Shown in pieces: positions 9,818 through 19,338 of a stretch of 64,000 nucleotides of DNA. Made by a program: the position numbers and the translations under genes. The notes beneath the pieces were generated by a model. The model searched no databases and had not been told where the DNA came from. It saw nothing but the letters and a program-made list of their open reading frames with translations. This DNA is from Candidatus Aenigmatarchaeota archaeon (lineage in GTDB: Archaea; Aenigmatarchaeota; Aenigmatarchaeia; PWEA01): NCBI GenBank assembly GCA_046539325.1, contig JBKHHD010000001.1:55437-119436 (forward strand). The letters run 5' to 3'. Within the stretch, counting starts at the first letter, position 1. Every line of letters begins with the position of its first letter.

Positions 9818-10585
9818 GTGGTAAAAAGGCGGGCAGACTTCCCTTCAAAAGGGGAGCTAGTTATCGGTACTGTAAGGGAAATAAATCCTAATTCTGTTTT
9901 TGTAGAGCTTGAGGAATACGACAAGGAAGGAATGATCCATATATCAGAAATTGCGAAGAAGTGGGTTCGCGATATAAGGGACTGGGTTTCTGTTGATGAA
10001 AAGATAGTCTGCAGAGTTAAAAATATAAGAAAGAAGAAGGACCAGATAGATCTCTCGCTGAAGGAGGTCAGTGACAGGGACAAAAACAGGAGAATGCAGA
10101 CCTGGAAGAGGGATGAAAGGGGCGAAGACTTCCTCGAGGAGCTGGCCGAAGCCAATGATATTTCTCTTAAAGAAGCCTACGAAAAAATTGGGTACGAGCT
10201 GCAGAAAAACTTCAAGGATATGCTCGAGGCGTTTGAAATAGCTGTGAGGAAAGGCGTGGAAGAGCTCGTCAAAAGAGGCGTGGAAGAGGACTGGACAGGA
10301 AAGATAAAGAAAATCGGAGAGAAGAATATAAAACGTAAGAAGAAGGAGCTAACCGAAAGGTTCAATCTTAGTGTGAGCGAACCCACCGGTGTAGAGATTA
10401 TAAAAGACGCTTTAAACAAGGTCGCTGAGTCACGGGGTGTGGAGTTCAAGTACATATCTGCTCCGGAGTACGAGATAAAGAAGGAGGGCAGAGACCTCAA
10501 AGAAGCGGAGAAGTCCATTGAAGCATCAACTGAAGAGCTGGAGGAAGAGCTACAGGGGAAGGATTTCGAGCTTCAAAAATTATAG
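9818..10585 (+). CDS. eif2a: Translation initiation factor 2 alpha subunit
   Basis: S1 domain GELVIGTV, EGMIHISEI, IDLSLK; YISAPEY; GTG start 4 nt after AGGTGA. Confidence 0.95.
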   Translation: MVKRRADFPSKGELVIGTVREINPNSVFVELEEYDKEGMIHISEIAKKWVRDIRDWVSVDEKIVCRVKNIRKKKDQIDLSLKEVSDRDKNRRMQTWKRDERGEDFLEELAEANDISLKEAYEKIGYELQKNFKDMLEAFEIAVRKGVEELVKRGVEEDWTGKIKKIGEKNIKRKKKELTERFNLSVSEPTGVEIIKDALNKVAESRGVEFKYISAPEYEIKKEGRDLKEAEKSIEASTEELEEELQGKDFELQKL

Positions 10586-10677
10586 TGGCTAAAATATTTC
10601 TATGAAAACCTGTTTCCGTAAATATGTTTTCCTCCACAAAAAAGTTTAAATAGAAAGGAAACCATTCCTTGTCTGGA

Positions 10678-10725
10678 TCCCCACATATAGGGGGTTACTT
10701 AAATCAAAGCCACAACATGTAGTAG
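10678..10725 (+). promoter_or_regulatory. Tandem NrdR boxes
   Basis: tccCcAcATaTaGggg (10678-10693) and ccaCaAcATgTaGtag (10710-10725) fit acaCwAtATaTwGtgt, 32 bp apart, between TATA-like TTTAAATA (~10645) and nrdR. Confidence 0.8.
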
Positions 10726-10758
10726 TCACAGGTTGATAGTAAAAGAGAAAATGATATC

Positions 10759-11199
10759 ATGAAATGTCCAACATGCTCTTCTGAAACCAGAGTCCTGGAA
10801 TCTCGAGATATTTCTGATTCCACGGCTATAAGGAGGAGGCGAGAATGCAAGGACTGCGAGCATAGATTCACGACCTACGAAAGGCCTGAGCTGTCAGTCA
10901 GAGTTGTGAAGAAGGACGGTGCAAGGGAAGAGTTCGATCAGGATAAGCTCAAGAGAGGAATAATGAAAGCATGTGAGAAAAGACCAGTAAGTAACGAAGA
11001 GGTAGAAGAGCTGATAAGGAATGTCGTCAAAAAGATAAGAAGAAAGGGGATAAATGAAATAGAATCGACGGAAATAGGCAACCTGGTCATGGAGCAGCTA
11101 AAGGAACTGGACAAGGTGGCTTACATACGGTTCGCTTCGGTCTACAAATCCTTCGATCTCGAAAGCTTAGAAAAAGAAATAAAGACAATCAAAAGGTGA
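10759..11199 (+). CDS. nrdR: Transcriptional repressor NrdR
   Basis: MKCPTC...VLESR...IRRRREC..C..RFTTYE; ATP cone; [10 protein letters not shown]. Confidence 0.96.
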   Translation: MKCPTCSSETRVLESRDISDSTAIRRRRECKDCEHRFTTYERPELSVRVVKKDGAREEFDQDKLKRGIMKACEKRPVSNEEVEELIRNVVKKIRRKGINEIESTEIGNLVMEQLKELDKVAYIRFASVYKSFDLESLEKEIKTIKR

Positions 11200-11204
11200 T
11201 TCCA

Positions 11205-13343
11205 ATGAGTTTTGAAGCTATCAAAAAACGTGATGGTACCATTGAAAAATTCGATCAAATCAAGATTACAAACGCAATATGGGAAGCTGCACAGGCGGTA
11301 GGTGGGACAAACAAAGACCTTTCTAAAAAACTTTCAGATGAAGTAGTTGAGAGACTGGAGGAAAATCTTGCAGAAAATGAGATTCCTACAGTAGAGCAGG
11401 TACAGGACCAGGTCGAGAAGACACTTGTAGAAAATGGACATTACAAGACAGGTAAAGCATATATCTTATACAGAAGCCAGCATGAAGAGCTCAGAAAGTT
11501 CCACGAGCTTATGAGCAACGTTTCTCTTGTGGAGAACTATGTAAAGGAAAACGACTGGCGTGTAAAGGAAAACTCAAACATGAGCTATTCACTACAGGGT
11601 CTGAACGTCCACGTAACAGATAAGATAATAAGAAAGTACTGGCTTCAGAAGATCTATCCACCTGAAGTAAGGAAGAAACATAACCAAGGCTTCTTCCATA
11701 TACATGACCTAGGTACACTCGGTCCCTACTGCGTGGGTTGGGGCCTCAAGGATCTACTTGTAGAAGGATTCAAAGGTGTAAGAGGTAAAATCGAATCTAA
11801 GCCGGCGAGCCACTTCGATGTTGCTCTGCTTCAGCTTGTGAACTTCCTCTACACGCTTCAGGGTGAAGCAGCAGGCGCACAGGCTGTATCCAACTTCGAT
11901 ACATACTTCGCGCCGTTCATCCACTACGACGATCTCGACTACGACGAAGTAAAGCAGGCGATGCAGAAGTTCCTCTACAATATGAACGTTCCTACAAGAG
12001 TGGGCTTCCAGACGCCCTTCACAAACCTGACAATGGACTTAGAAGTTCCTGAGATGATGAAGGACGAACCTGTCATAATAGGCGGCGAGGAAAAGGACAA
12101 GACCTACGGAGAGTTCCAGGAGGAAATGGATATGCTCAACAGAGCCTTCGCCGAGGTCATGATGGAGGGTGACGCAAAGGGAAGACCTTTCACGTTCCCT
12201 ATCCCGACTTACAACATAACGAACGACTTCGTCTGGGACAAGGAAGTTCTTGACCCGGTTTGGAAGATGACCGCAAAGTACGGCATACCCTACTTCTCAA
12301 ACTTCGTAAACTCAGATATGGACCCAGAGGACGCAAGATCCATGTGCTGTAGGCTCAGGCTAGACAACCGTGAACTGAAGAAGAGAGGTGGAGGACTTTT
12401 CGGTTCAAATCCTCTAACAGGATCCATAGGAGTAGTTACAATGAACCTGCCGAGGATGGCCTACCTATCAGAAGACGAAGAAGAGTTCTTTGACATGCTT
12501 GAAGAACACATGGAACTGGGCAAACAGAGCCTTATCCTCAAGAGAGAAGTTCTTGAAAAGTTCACGGAGAAAGGACTTTATCCTTACTCCAAGTTCTATC
12601 TCAGGAGCGTCAAGGAGTCACAGGGATCATACTGGGAAAACCACTTCTCAACCATAGGATTAATAGGGATGAACGAGGCTGCATTGAACCTCAAAGACAC
12701 ATCCATCAGTACTGAAGAGGGTCACGACTTCGCGGAAAGGGTCCTTGAGTTCATGAGAGAAAAGATAGCAGACTTCCAGGAGGAAACAGGATCGATATTC
12801 AACCTGGAGGCTACGCCTGCAGAGGGATCAAGCTACAGGCTGGCCAGAAACGACAAGAAGGAGTTTCCAGATCTAAAGGTCTACAACACCTCGGAATTAG
12901 GCGATTCGGAACCTATCTACACGAACTCAACTCAGCTTCCCTTCGGAGAAACGGAAGATCTGTTCGAAGCACTGGACCATCAGGAGCCTCTCCAGACAAA
13001 GTACACCGGAGGAACAGTATTCCACGCATGGCTAGGTGAGAAGATGCCTTCCATAGAGTCCACCAAGAAGCTTGTGAAGAAGATATCAGAGGACTATAAG
13101 CTTCCATACTACACGCTTACACCAAGCTTCTCTGTCTGTCCGACACATGGCTACTTATCAGGCGAGAAGGAGATTTGCCCCGAATGCAAGAAGGAAGGTG
13201 AAAGGACAAAATGTGAAGTCTATTCGAGGGTAGTCGGCTACTTAAGACCGAAGGAACAGTGGAATCCAGGGAAGCAGGAGGAGTTTGAGGACAGATCAGA
13301 CTACTCAAAGAAGGTAACTCCTGAGGCCGAGGTTTCCGGATGA
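11205..13343 (+). CDS. nrdD: Anaerobic (class III) ribonucleoside-triphosphate reductase with ATP cone
   Basis: IKKRDG ATP cone, FHIHDL, SMCCRL, EATPAE, glycyl-radical loop YSRVVGYLRP. Confidence 0.96.
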   Translation: MSFEAIKKRDGTIEKFDQIKITNAIWEAAQAVGGTNKDLSKKLSDEVVERLEENLAENEIPTVEQVQDQVEKTLVENGHYKTGKAYILYRSQHEELRKFHELMSNVSLVENYVKENDWRVKENSNMSYSLQGLNVHVTDKIIRKYWLQKIYPPEVRKKHNQGFFHIHDLGTLGPYCVGWGLKDLLVEGFKGVRGKIESKPASHFDVALLQLVNFLYTLQGEAAGAQAVSNFDTYFAPFIHYDDLDYDEVKQAMQKFLYNMNVPTRVGFQTPFTNLTMDLEVPEMMKDEPVIIGGEEKDKTYGEFQEEMDMLNRAFAEVMMEGDAKGRPFTFPIPTYNITNDFVWDKEVLDPVWKMTAKYGIPYFSNFVNSDMDPEDARSMCCRLRLDNRELKKRGGGLFGSNPLTGSIGVVTMNLPRMAYLSEDEEEFFDMLEEHMELGKQSLILKREVLEKFTEKGLYPYSKFYLRSVKESQGSYWENHFSTIGLIGMNEAALNLKDTSISTEEGHDFAERVLEFMREKIADFQEETGSIFNLEATPAEGSSYRLARNDKKEFPDLKVYNTSELGDSEPIYTNSTQLPFGETEDLFEALDHQEPLQTKYTGGTVFHAWLGEKMPSIESTKKLVKKISEDYKLPYYTLTPSFSVCPTHGYLSGEKEICPECKKEGERTKCEVYSRVVGYLRPKEQWNPGKQEEFEDRSDYSKKVTPEAEVSG

Positions 13344-14026
13344 AGATAGGCGGGCTTCAGAAGTTCACAGTTACAGACTATCCCGGAAAGATATCCTGCA
13401 TAGTCTTCACCATTGGATGCAACTTCCGCTGTCCTTTCTGCCAGAACAGCCAGCTTGTGACGGAAGAAGCAAACGAGATGCCAGCCGACAAAGTCTTTAA
13501 CTTTTTAGAGGAAAGACCGGGACAGCTAGAGGCAGTTACAGTGACAGGAGGTGAACCTCTTATACAGAGGAATTTATTTGAGTTCTTTGGAAAGGTGAAG
13601 GATCTAGGCTACGATATCAAGCTGGACACAAACGGAAGCGTGCCAGGTGAGCTAAAGAGAGCAGTACGGAAAGATCTTGTGGATTACGTAGCTATGGACA
13701 TAAAGGCGCCTATAGACGAGTACGAGAAGGCCTGTGGAATAAAGGTCAACACCGACGAGATCGAGGAAAGCATAGATTTCATTCTAGGACTCGATGACTA
13801 CGAGTTCAGAACTACGGCTGTTCCAACAATTATAGACGAAAAAACTATAGAGGAGATAGCAAAGAGGATAGAAGGCGCGAAGAAGTTTTACATACAGCAG
13901 TTCGAAACAAAGAACACCCTGGACGAGGACTACCAGGAGTTGGAGAGCCTTCCTGAGAAAAGATTGGAAAACTTCAAAGAGATAGCAGAAAGATACGTGC
14001 AGAGCTGTCAGATAAGGAACGTGTGA
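13340..14026 (+). CDS. nrdG: Class III RNR activating radical SAM protein
   Basis: DYPGK...GCNFRCPFCQN, TGGEP, KLDTNG; overlaps nrdD stop. Confidence 0.93.
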   Translation: MKIGGLQKFTVTDYPGKISCIVFTIGCNFRCPFCQNSQLVTEEANEMPADKVFNFLEERPGQLEAVTVTGGEPLIQRNLFEFFGKVKDLGYDIKLDTNGSVPGELKRAVRKDLVDYVAMDIKAPIDEYEKACGIKVNTDEIEESIDFILGLDDYEFRTTAVPTIIDEKTIEEIAKRIEGAKKFYIQQFETKNTLDEDYQELESLPEKRLENFKEIAERYVQSCQIRNV

Positions 14027-14061
14027 AGATTTAAATTCTTTCGCACAGAAGGTTACCTACC

Positions 14062-14220
14062 ATGAAGCTAAAGAAGTGTAAAAGCTGTGGTGTTTACACC
14101 TTAGACAAAGAGTGCTCAAAATGCGGGCAGAAAACTTCTGAACCGCGGCCTGGCCCCTTTTCACCCCAGGATAAGTACGGAAAACACAGAAGGAAGGAAA
14201 AGCTTAAAAAGGAAGGATAA
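14062..14220 (+). CDS. nop10: H/ACA RNP protein Nop10
   Basis: Below track cutoff. MKLKKCKSCGVYTLDKECSKCG...PGPFSPQDKYGKHRR; expected position before the PAC2 gene. Confidence 0.92.
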   Translation: MKLKKCKSCGVYTLDKECSKCGQKTSEPRPGPFSPQDKYGKHRRKEKLKKEG

Positions 14221-14239
14221 AGCTTTAATAGAGGATAAG

Positions 14240-15037
14240 ATGGAAACCGAACTAAATATAATAGAAGAAGTTGATCTTGAAGACCCGATACTAATAGAAG
14301 GACTACCAGGCATAGGGAATGTAGGAAGGATAGCAGCAGAATACATGATAAAACATCTCGATACTAAAAAGTTTGCTGAACTTTATTCTTCACACTTCAT
14401 GCCTATAGTGCTAATAGACGATGATGAGGTGTCCTTGCTTAAGTTTGAGTTCTACTACTGGAAGAACGACAAGGGCAATGATTTAATATTCCTTATAGGA
14501 GATTCACAGGCAGGCAAGGAAGGCAGCAGCGGACATTTCGACGTAGCTGAAAGGGTGCTGGACCTTGCGGAGGATTTTGGAGTAAGAAGAATAATAACCC
14601 TAGGAGGTTATAGTACAGGTGATATCGGTGAAGAGATGGACGAAAGCCCTGAGGTTCTTGGCGCAGTGACACACAGCGAGATGATCGAGGAGTTCGAGAA
14701 TTCCGGTATAAACTTTGAAGACACCGACTCCAACATAGGAATGATTGTTGGTGGAACAGGACTTCTACTTGGAATGGCAAAGAAAAGGGACATGAACGGA
14801 CTTTGTCTGATGGGGGAAACAGCTGGATTCCCGATACTTACAGATCCCAAGTCTGCTGAAAGCGTGGTTAAAATAGTTTCAGATATTCTCGATCTTGGTA
14901 TCCCGCTTCAAGACATAGAGGAAAAGGTCGAGGAGATGGAAGACTTCCTAAACAAGCTGGAAGGCCTCCAGAAGAAAAGCATGAAACAGATGGAAGGCGG
15001 CGATGACGAGGAGGAGAAATTAAGGTATATAGGATGA
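14240..15037 (+). CDS. PAC2-family proteasome assembly chaperone
   Basis: LIEGLPGIGNVG, ITLGG, CLMGET, DPKSA; C-terminal LRYIG. Confidence 0.9.
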   Translation: METELNIIEEVDLEDPILIEGLPGIGNVGRIAAEYMIKHLDTKKFAELYSSHFMPIVLIDDDEVSLLKFEFYYWKNDKGNDLIFLIGDSQAGKEGSSGHFDVAERVLDLAEDFGVRRIITLGGYSTGDIGEEMDESPEVLGAVTHSEMIEEFENSGINFEDTDSNIGMIVGGTGLLLGMAKKRDMNGLCLMGETAGFPILTDPKSAESVVKIVSDILDLGIPLQDIEEKVEEMEDFLNKLEGLQKKSMKQMEGGDDEEEKLRYIG

Positions 15038-15046
15038 GGTGAAAAG

Positions 15047-15250
15047 ATGGGTTTCCTTGATTTTGAAGGCATGACGCGTTTTGAGAAGGCAAGGATAATC
15101 TCCACAAGGTCCTTGCAGATAGCTATGGGCGCACCGCCACTAATAGATGAGAAAGCAGGAATGGATCCCATAGGAACAGCAAGAAAGGAGTTCGAAGAGG
15201 GCGTAGTCCCCCTCACTGTAAAGCACAAAGAGCCTCCGGAAATGGAGTAG
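15047..15250 (+). CDS. rpoK: RNA polymerase subunit K (Rpo6)
   Basis: TRFEKARIISTRSLQIAMGAP. Confidence 0.95.
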   Translation: MGFLDFEGMTRFEKARIISTRSLQIAMGAPPLIDEKAGMDPIGTARKEFEEGVVPLTVKHKEPPEME

Positions 15251-15289
15251 TAAAGATATTTAAATTTGTCCAGAAATAAGTTGGGTATC

Positions 15290-15877
15290 ATGACTGATTT
15301 AATGGAAAGAGAAAGGTACGTCGATTCAGGAGTACATTTAGGAATGAGGAAGAGATCCAAGGAGATGGAGCCTTTTATTTTCAAGACCAGGCCAGACGGC
15401 CTTTCTATAATAAACATTGAGAAGATAGACAACAGAATAGATGTAGCTTCATCCTTTTTGAGCAGGTTCGACAAGATAATGTTTGCTGGGAGAAAGGAGG
15501 GCGCAGTGCCCGTACTAAAATTGGTAGATGAAGCAACCGACTTCGAGGTTGAGTACGGAAGGTTTATGCCAGGAACGCTTACCAATCCTTCCTTCGATGA
15601 TTACACTGAGCCTGATGTACTTGTCGTAGCAGACTCAATAATCGATGAACAGGCTGTCTCAGAAGCAATAAAGAAAAGGATTCCTGTAGTAGCTGTATGT
15701 GATAGCTTTACCAACCTCGACTATGTAGATCTTATAATCCCAGGTAATAACAAAGGAAGAAAAAGTCTCGGTGCTATATTCTACCTCCTTACAAGAGAAA
15801 TTCTGAAGAAGAGGGATGAAATAGAGGGGGAAGAGTTTGGCTACGAGCTATCGGACTTCACAGGAGAAGAGGAGTAG
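15290..15877 (+). CDS. rps2: Ribosomal protein S2 (uS2)
   Basis: SGVHLG, GRFMPGTLTNP, IPGNNKGRKS. Confidence 0.96.
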   Translation: MTDLMERERYVDSGVHLGMRKRSKEMEPFIFKTRPDGLSIINIEKIDNRIDVASSFLSRFDKIMFAGRKEGAVPVLKLVDEATDFEVEYGRFMPGTLTNPSFDDYTEPDVLVVADSIIDEQAVSEAIKKRIPVVAVCDSFTNLDYVDLIIPGNNKGRKSLGAIFYLLTREILKKRDEIEGEEFGYELSDFTGEEE

Positions 15878-15928
15878 GCTGACATATTTATTAATCTCAA
15901 CAACGAATTATTCTAAGGGTGTTTGGAT

Positions 15929-16780
15929 ATTATAATACGAAACTCAGCCGCTGCTGGACAGTTCTATCCCAGAAGTTCGAGGGATATAGAATCAATGATA
16001 GACAAGTTTTCAAGGAGAGCAGACGTTGAGAAAAGAGACGTATTAGGCGGCGTGGTTCCACATGCAGGTTACATGTACTGTGGAGAAACACAGGCACACG
16101 TTTACGAATCAATCCTCGATGATACAAGCACTTTTGTTATACTCGGACCCAACCACTCAAGCCAGGGAACTTCGGAAGCGATAATGACGAGCGGGATGTG
16201 GAAGACACCTCTTGGTGGTGCAAGGATAGACACTGACCTTGCTAACTCAATACTGCAAAACTCCGACTATCTCGAGGACGACTATACAGCCCACAACCAG
16301 GAGCACTCAATAGAGGTTCAGCTTCCCTGGCTACAAAAAAAGTTCAGAGACTTCAACTTCGTTCCAATATCTATGAGCAAACATGATCTTAAGAGAGGGC
16401 AAGATATAGGAAAGGCCCTGAGGAAAGCTAGAGAAGAAACTTCAGAGAAGTTTGTAGTACTTGCTTCCTCTGACTTTACACATTTTGGAACTTCTTATGG
16501 ATACAAGCCTGTGACGGGTGGCATAGGGAAAAAGCTTGACTACATAAAGAAGATAGACACAGAAGCAGCTTCTGCCGTAGAAAAGCTTTCACCGGAAACG
16601 TTCGTCGACACAGTCGAAAGGTACAACGCTACCATATGTGGTGTTGGACCAATTGTATCCATGCTTTATTATTTAGAAGATATTGCGAAGGGGGGCGATC
16701 TCCTCGACTATTCGACTTCGTACGAGGTATCGAAGAACGAGGACTCTATGGTAGGATACTGCGGAATAGTACTGGAGTGA
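15929..16780 (+). CDS. MEMO1 / AmmeMemoRadiSam protein B family
   Basis: AAGQFYP, VPHAGY, GPNH, EHSIEVQLP, SSDFTH, TICG. Start uncertain (TTG 15923 or ATT 15929). Confidence 0.88.
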   Translation: MIIRNSAAAGQFYPRSSRDIESMIDKFSRRADVEKRDVLGGVVPHAGYMYCGETQAHVYESILDDTSTFVILGPNHSSQGTSEAIMTSGMWKTPLGGARIDTDLANSILQNSDYLEDDYTAHNQEHSIEVQLPWLQKKFRDFNFVPISMSKHDLKRGQDIGKALRKAREETSEKFVVLASSDFTHFGTSYGYKPVTGGIGKKLDYIKKIDTEAASAVEKLSPETFVDTVERYNATICGVGPIVSMLYYLEDIAKGGDLLDYSTSYEVSKNEDSMVGYCGIVLE

Positions 16781-16784
16781 AAAA

Positions 16785-18461
16785 ATGAAGAAAGAGGTAA
16801 AGGAAAGCATAAGGAAGTACGCGCTTCGGAATGCGCTGCAGCATGATGGAGAAGCTGATACAAACGCTGTTCTTGGTGGAGTTATGTCCGATCATGATGT
16901 AGAGCCGAAGGAAATAATTGAAAAGGTACAGAAAATCGTCGCTGAAGTCAACAAACTCTCAAAAAAGGACCAGGAAGACGAAGCGGAGGAAATGGATGTG
17001 GTTCTTGAAACCGAAAAGGAGGAAAGCGAAGGCTTACCTGAGCTTCCTGAAGAGGAAGAAGGAAATGTAATAACAAGGGCAGCACCAAATCCAAACGGGC
17101 CGTTCCATCTAGGCAACAGCAGAGCTTATATACTATCTTACATCTACGCAAACAGGAACGACGGAAGGTTCATCCTTAGATACGATGACACAAACCCCTC
17201 GAGTCCTGAAAAGTCACCGAAGAAAAAGTTCTACAGATGGATAGAAGAAGACCTAGAGTGGCTAGGATGCAAGCCTGATCTAATTATAAGAGCTTCAGAG
17301 AGGCTCGACATATACTACGAGTTCGCCTACGAACTTATTGAAGATGAGAAGGCCTACGTATGTACCTGTAACCCGGACAAGTGGAAAAAGCTGAGGGATG
17401 AAGGTAAGGCCTGTCCCTGTAGAAGCAAGGATTCGGAAGAGCACGTGGATAGATGGCACAAGATGCAGGACGGCGACTACGAAGAAGGTGAGGCGGTCGT
17501 AAGAATAAAAACAGATATAGAGCACAAGGACCCTGCACAGAGGGACTGGCCCGCGTTCCGAATACTCAAGGACCACAACCACCCACACGTTTCGCAGGAC
17601 TACGTAGTCTGGCCACTATACAACTTTGCTTCAGCAGTAGACGACCACGAGCTGAACGTTACCCATATCTTCAGGGCAGAGGAGCATTCAACTAATACAG
17701 AAAATCAGAAGCACCTGTACGACCACCTCGGCTGGGAATACCCAAACACTGCCCACCATGGTTTCCTATCGCTTAAGGGAGCAGTTCTGTCAACAAGCAC
17801 TATAAGAAATGGGATAAATAACGGCAAGTACAGCGGCTGGGATGATCCGAGGCTGGGAACTATAAGAGCTCTGAGGAGACGGGGTTTCCAGCCAGAGGCA
17901 ATACATAGGCTTATAAAGAAATACGGAATAAAGAGCTCCAACGCAGAGGTTTCTATGGAGGAGTTCACAAGCATTAACAGGAAGGTAGTGGATCCGGAGG
18001 CACTGAGATATTTCTTCGTGAAGGATCCTATTAAGTTGAAGGTCAAAGATCCAGGAAAGAAGGGTACAGTAAAGCTCACCGTGCATCCAGAGAAAGAAGG
18101 AGAAAGGGAGTTGGAGGTTGGAAACACCTTCTTCATCGAGAGAGAAGACTTTGAATCCAACCGTGGAAAAACGATACGTCTCAAAGGACTTTACAATATA
18201 GAAATCCCCGAGAAAGGGAAGGACTGTAAATATTCCGGTGACGATATAGTTCAGAAAATGCCGAAGGTCCATTGGCTTCCAGACAAAGAAGGTGAAACTG
18301 TTGAAGCAGAAGTTGTTATGCCGAGCGCTGAAAGGAAAGAGGGTATAGCGGAGAGAAACGTACTGGAGGAAGAGGTAGGCAATGTTCTACAGTTCGAAAG
18401 GTTCGGGTTCGTTAGGCTTGACGACAAAGAAGATTTAACCTTCTATTTTACTCACAAATAG
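16785..18461 (+). CDS. gltX: Glutamate--tRNA ligase
   Basis: APNPNGPFHLGN (HIGH-like), RYDDTNP, GWDDPRL, QFERFGF. Confidence 0.96.
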   Translation: MKKEVKESIRKYALRNALQHDGEADTNAVLGGVMSDHDVEPKEIIEKVQKIVAEVNKLSKKDQEDEAEEMDVVLETEKEESEGLPELPEEEEGNVITRAAPNPNGPFHLGNSRAYILSYIYANRNDGRFILRYDDTNPSSPEKSPKKKFYRWIEEDLEWLGCKPDLIIRASERLDIYYEFAYELIEDEKAYVCTCNPDKWKKLRDEGKACPCRSKDSEEHVDRWHKMQDGDYEEGEAVVRIKTDIEHKDPAQRDWPAFRILKDHNHPHVSQDYVVWPLYNFASAVDDHELNVTHIFRAEEHSTNTENQKHLYDHLGWEYPNTAHHGFLSLKGAVLSTSTIRNGINNGKYSGWDDPRLGTIRALRRRGFQPEAIHRLIKKYGIKSSNAEVSMEEFTSINRKVVDPEALRYFFVKDPIKLKVKDPGKKGTVKLTVHPEKEGERELEVGNTFFIEREDFESNRGKTIRLKGLYNIEIPEKGKDCKYSGDDIVQKMPKVHWLPDKEGETVEAEVVMPSAERKEGIAERNVLEEEVGNVLQFERFGFVRLDDKEDLTFYFTHK

Positions 18462-18506
18462 CGACTGTAAAAAGCTTTAAATACTTTAAAACATTTAGAA
18501 AATCAA

Positions 18507-18563
18507 GCCTGAAGACAAAGCTTCGGGTCTGGTCTAACCGGCCAAGATGAAAATCACTGATGA
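18507..18563 (+). promoter_or_regulatory. Structured rpl7ae leader with box C/D-like (K-turn) elements
   Basis: Hairpins at 18507-18528 and 18530-18544, then GATGA-AAATCA-CTGA(TGA) at 18546-18563. Confidence 0.45.
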
Positions 18564-18587
18564 AACAAAAAAATGAGAGGTGATTGG

Positions 18588-18959
18588 ATGGCAGATTACG
18601 TAAAATTTAATGTTTCGGAAGAACTTGAAGATACAACACTTGAAGCACTTGAGACTGCAAGAGCTACAGGTAAGCTCAGCATCGGCACAAACGAGGTAAC
18701 CAAGGCTGTTGAAAGAGGTAACGCAGATCTAGTAATAATAGCCGAAGATGTTGACCCACCTGAAGTAGTAATGCACCTACCAGCTATCTGTGAAGAAAAG
18801 TCTATTCCTTACACCTTCGTAGGTGAGAAGGAAGAGCTTGGTAGAGCTTGTGGTCTAACTGTTCAGACGGCCTCAGCAGCTATAACTGAAGCAGGAGACG
18901 CCGAAGGTCTCATAGAAGAAGTCGTCGATGAGGTAAAAACTTTAAAAACTACAGAGTAA
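18588..18959 (+). CDS. rpl7ae: Ribosomal / sRNP protein L7Ae
   Basis: [23 protein letters not shown]; GAGGTGA 4 nt before ATG. Confidence 0.97.
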   Translation: MADYVKFNVSEELEDTTLEALETARATGKLSIGTNEVTKAVERGNADLVIIAEDVDPPEVVMHLPAICEEKSIPYTFVGEKEELGRACGLTVQTASAAITEAGDAEGLIEEVVDEVKTLKTTE

Positions 18960-18970
18960 AATGATGCGCT

Positions 18971-19174
18971 ATGGCAGAAGAAGCTGTTCCAGGAAAAGTA
19001 GTTCAGATTTTAGGTAGAAGTGGCGTAGGGGACGTAACCAGAGTTAGATGTAAGGTTCTCGAAGGACAGGACGAAGGCAAGGTACTTACGAGAAACGTGA
19101 TGGGCCCCGTAAAGAAAGGCGACATCCTTATGCTCAAAGAAACAGAGATGGAATCAGGAGGAAGAATGGGATAG
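18971..19174 (+). CDS. rps28e: Ribosomal protein S28e
   Basis: ILGRSGV..VTRVRC...[14 protein letters not shown]. Confidence 0.96.
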   Translation: MAEEAVPGKVVQILGRSGVGDVTRVRCKVLEGQDEGKVLTRNVMGPVKKGDILMLKETEMESGGRMG

Positions 19175-19181
19175 TGATAAG

Positions 19182-19337
19182 ATGGAATGTACATTTTGTG
19201 GCGAAAAGATAGACAAAGGCGAAGGGAAAATAGTCGTAGATAAAACTGGAAAGAGCTTCTTCTACTGTTCTTCAAAGTGTGAGAAAAACCATCAAAAGCT
19301 AGGCAGAGAACCAAAAAATACTGAATGGGTGAAATAG
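19182..19337 (+). CDS. rpl24e: Ribosomal protein L24e
   Basis: Below track cutoff. MECTFCGEKIDKGEGKIVVDKTGKSFFYCSSKCEKNHQKLGREPKNTEWVK. Confidence 0.93.
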   Translation: MECTFCGEKIDKGEGKIVVDKTGKSFFYCSSKCEKNHQKLGREPKNTEWVK

Positions 19338-19338
19338 T

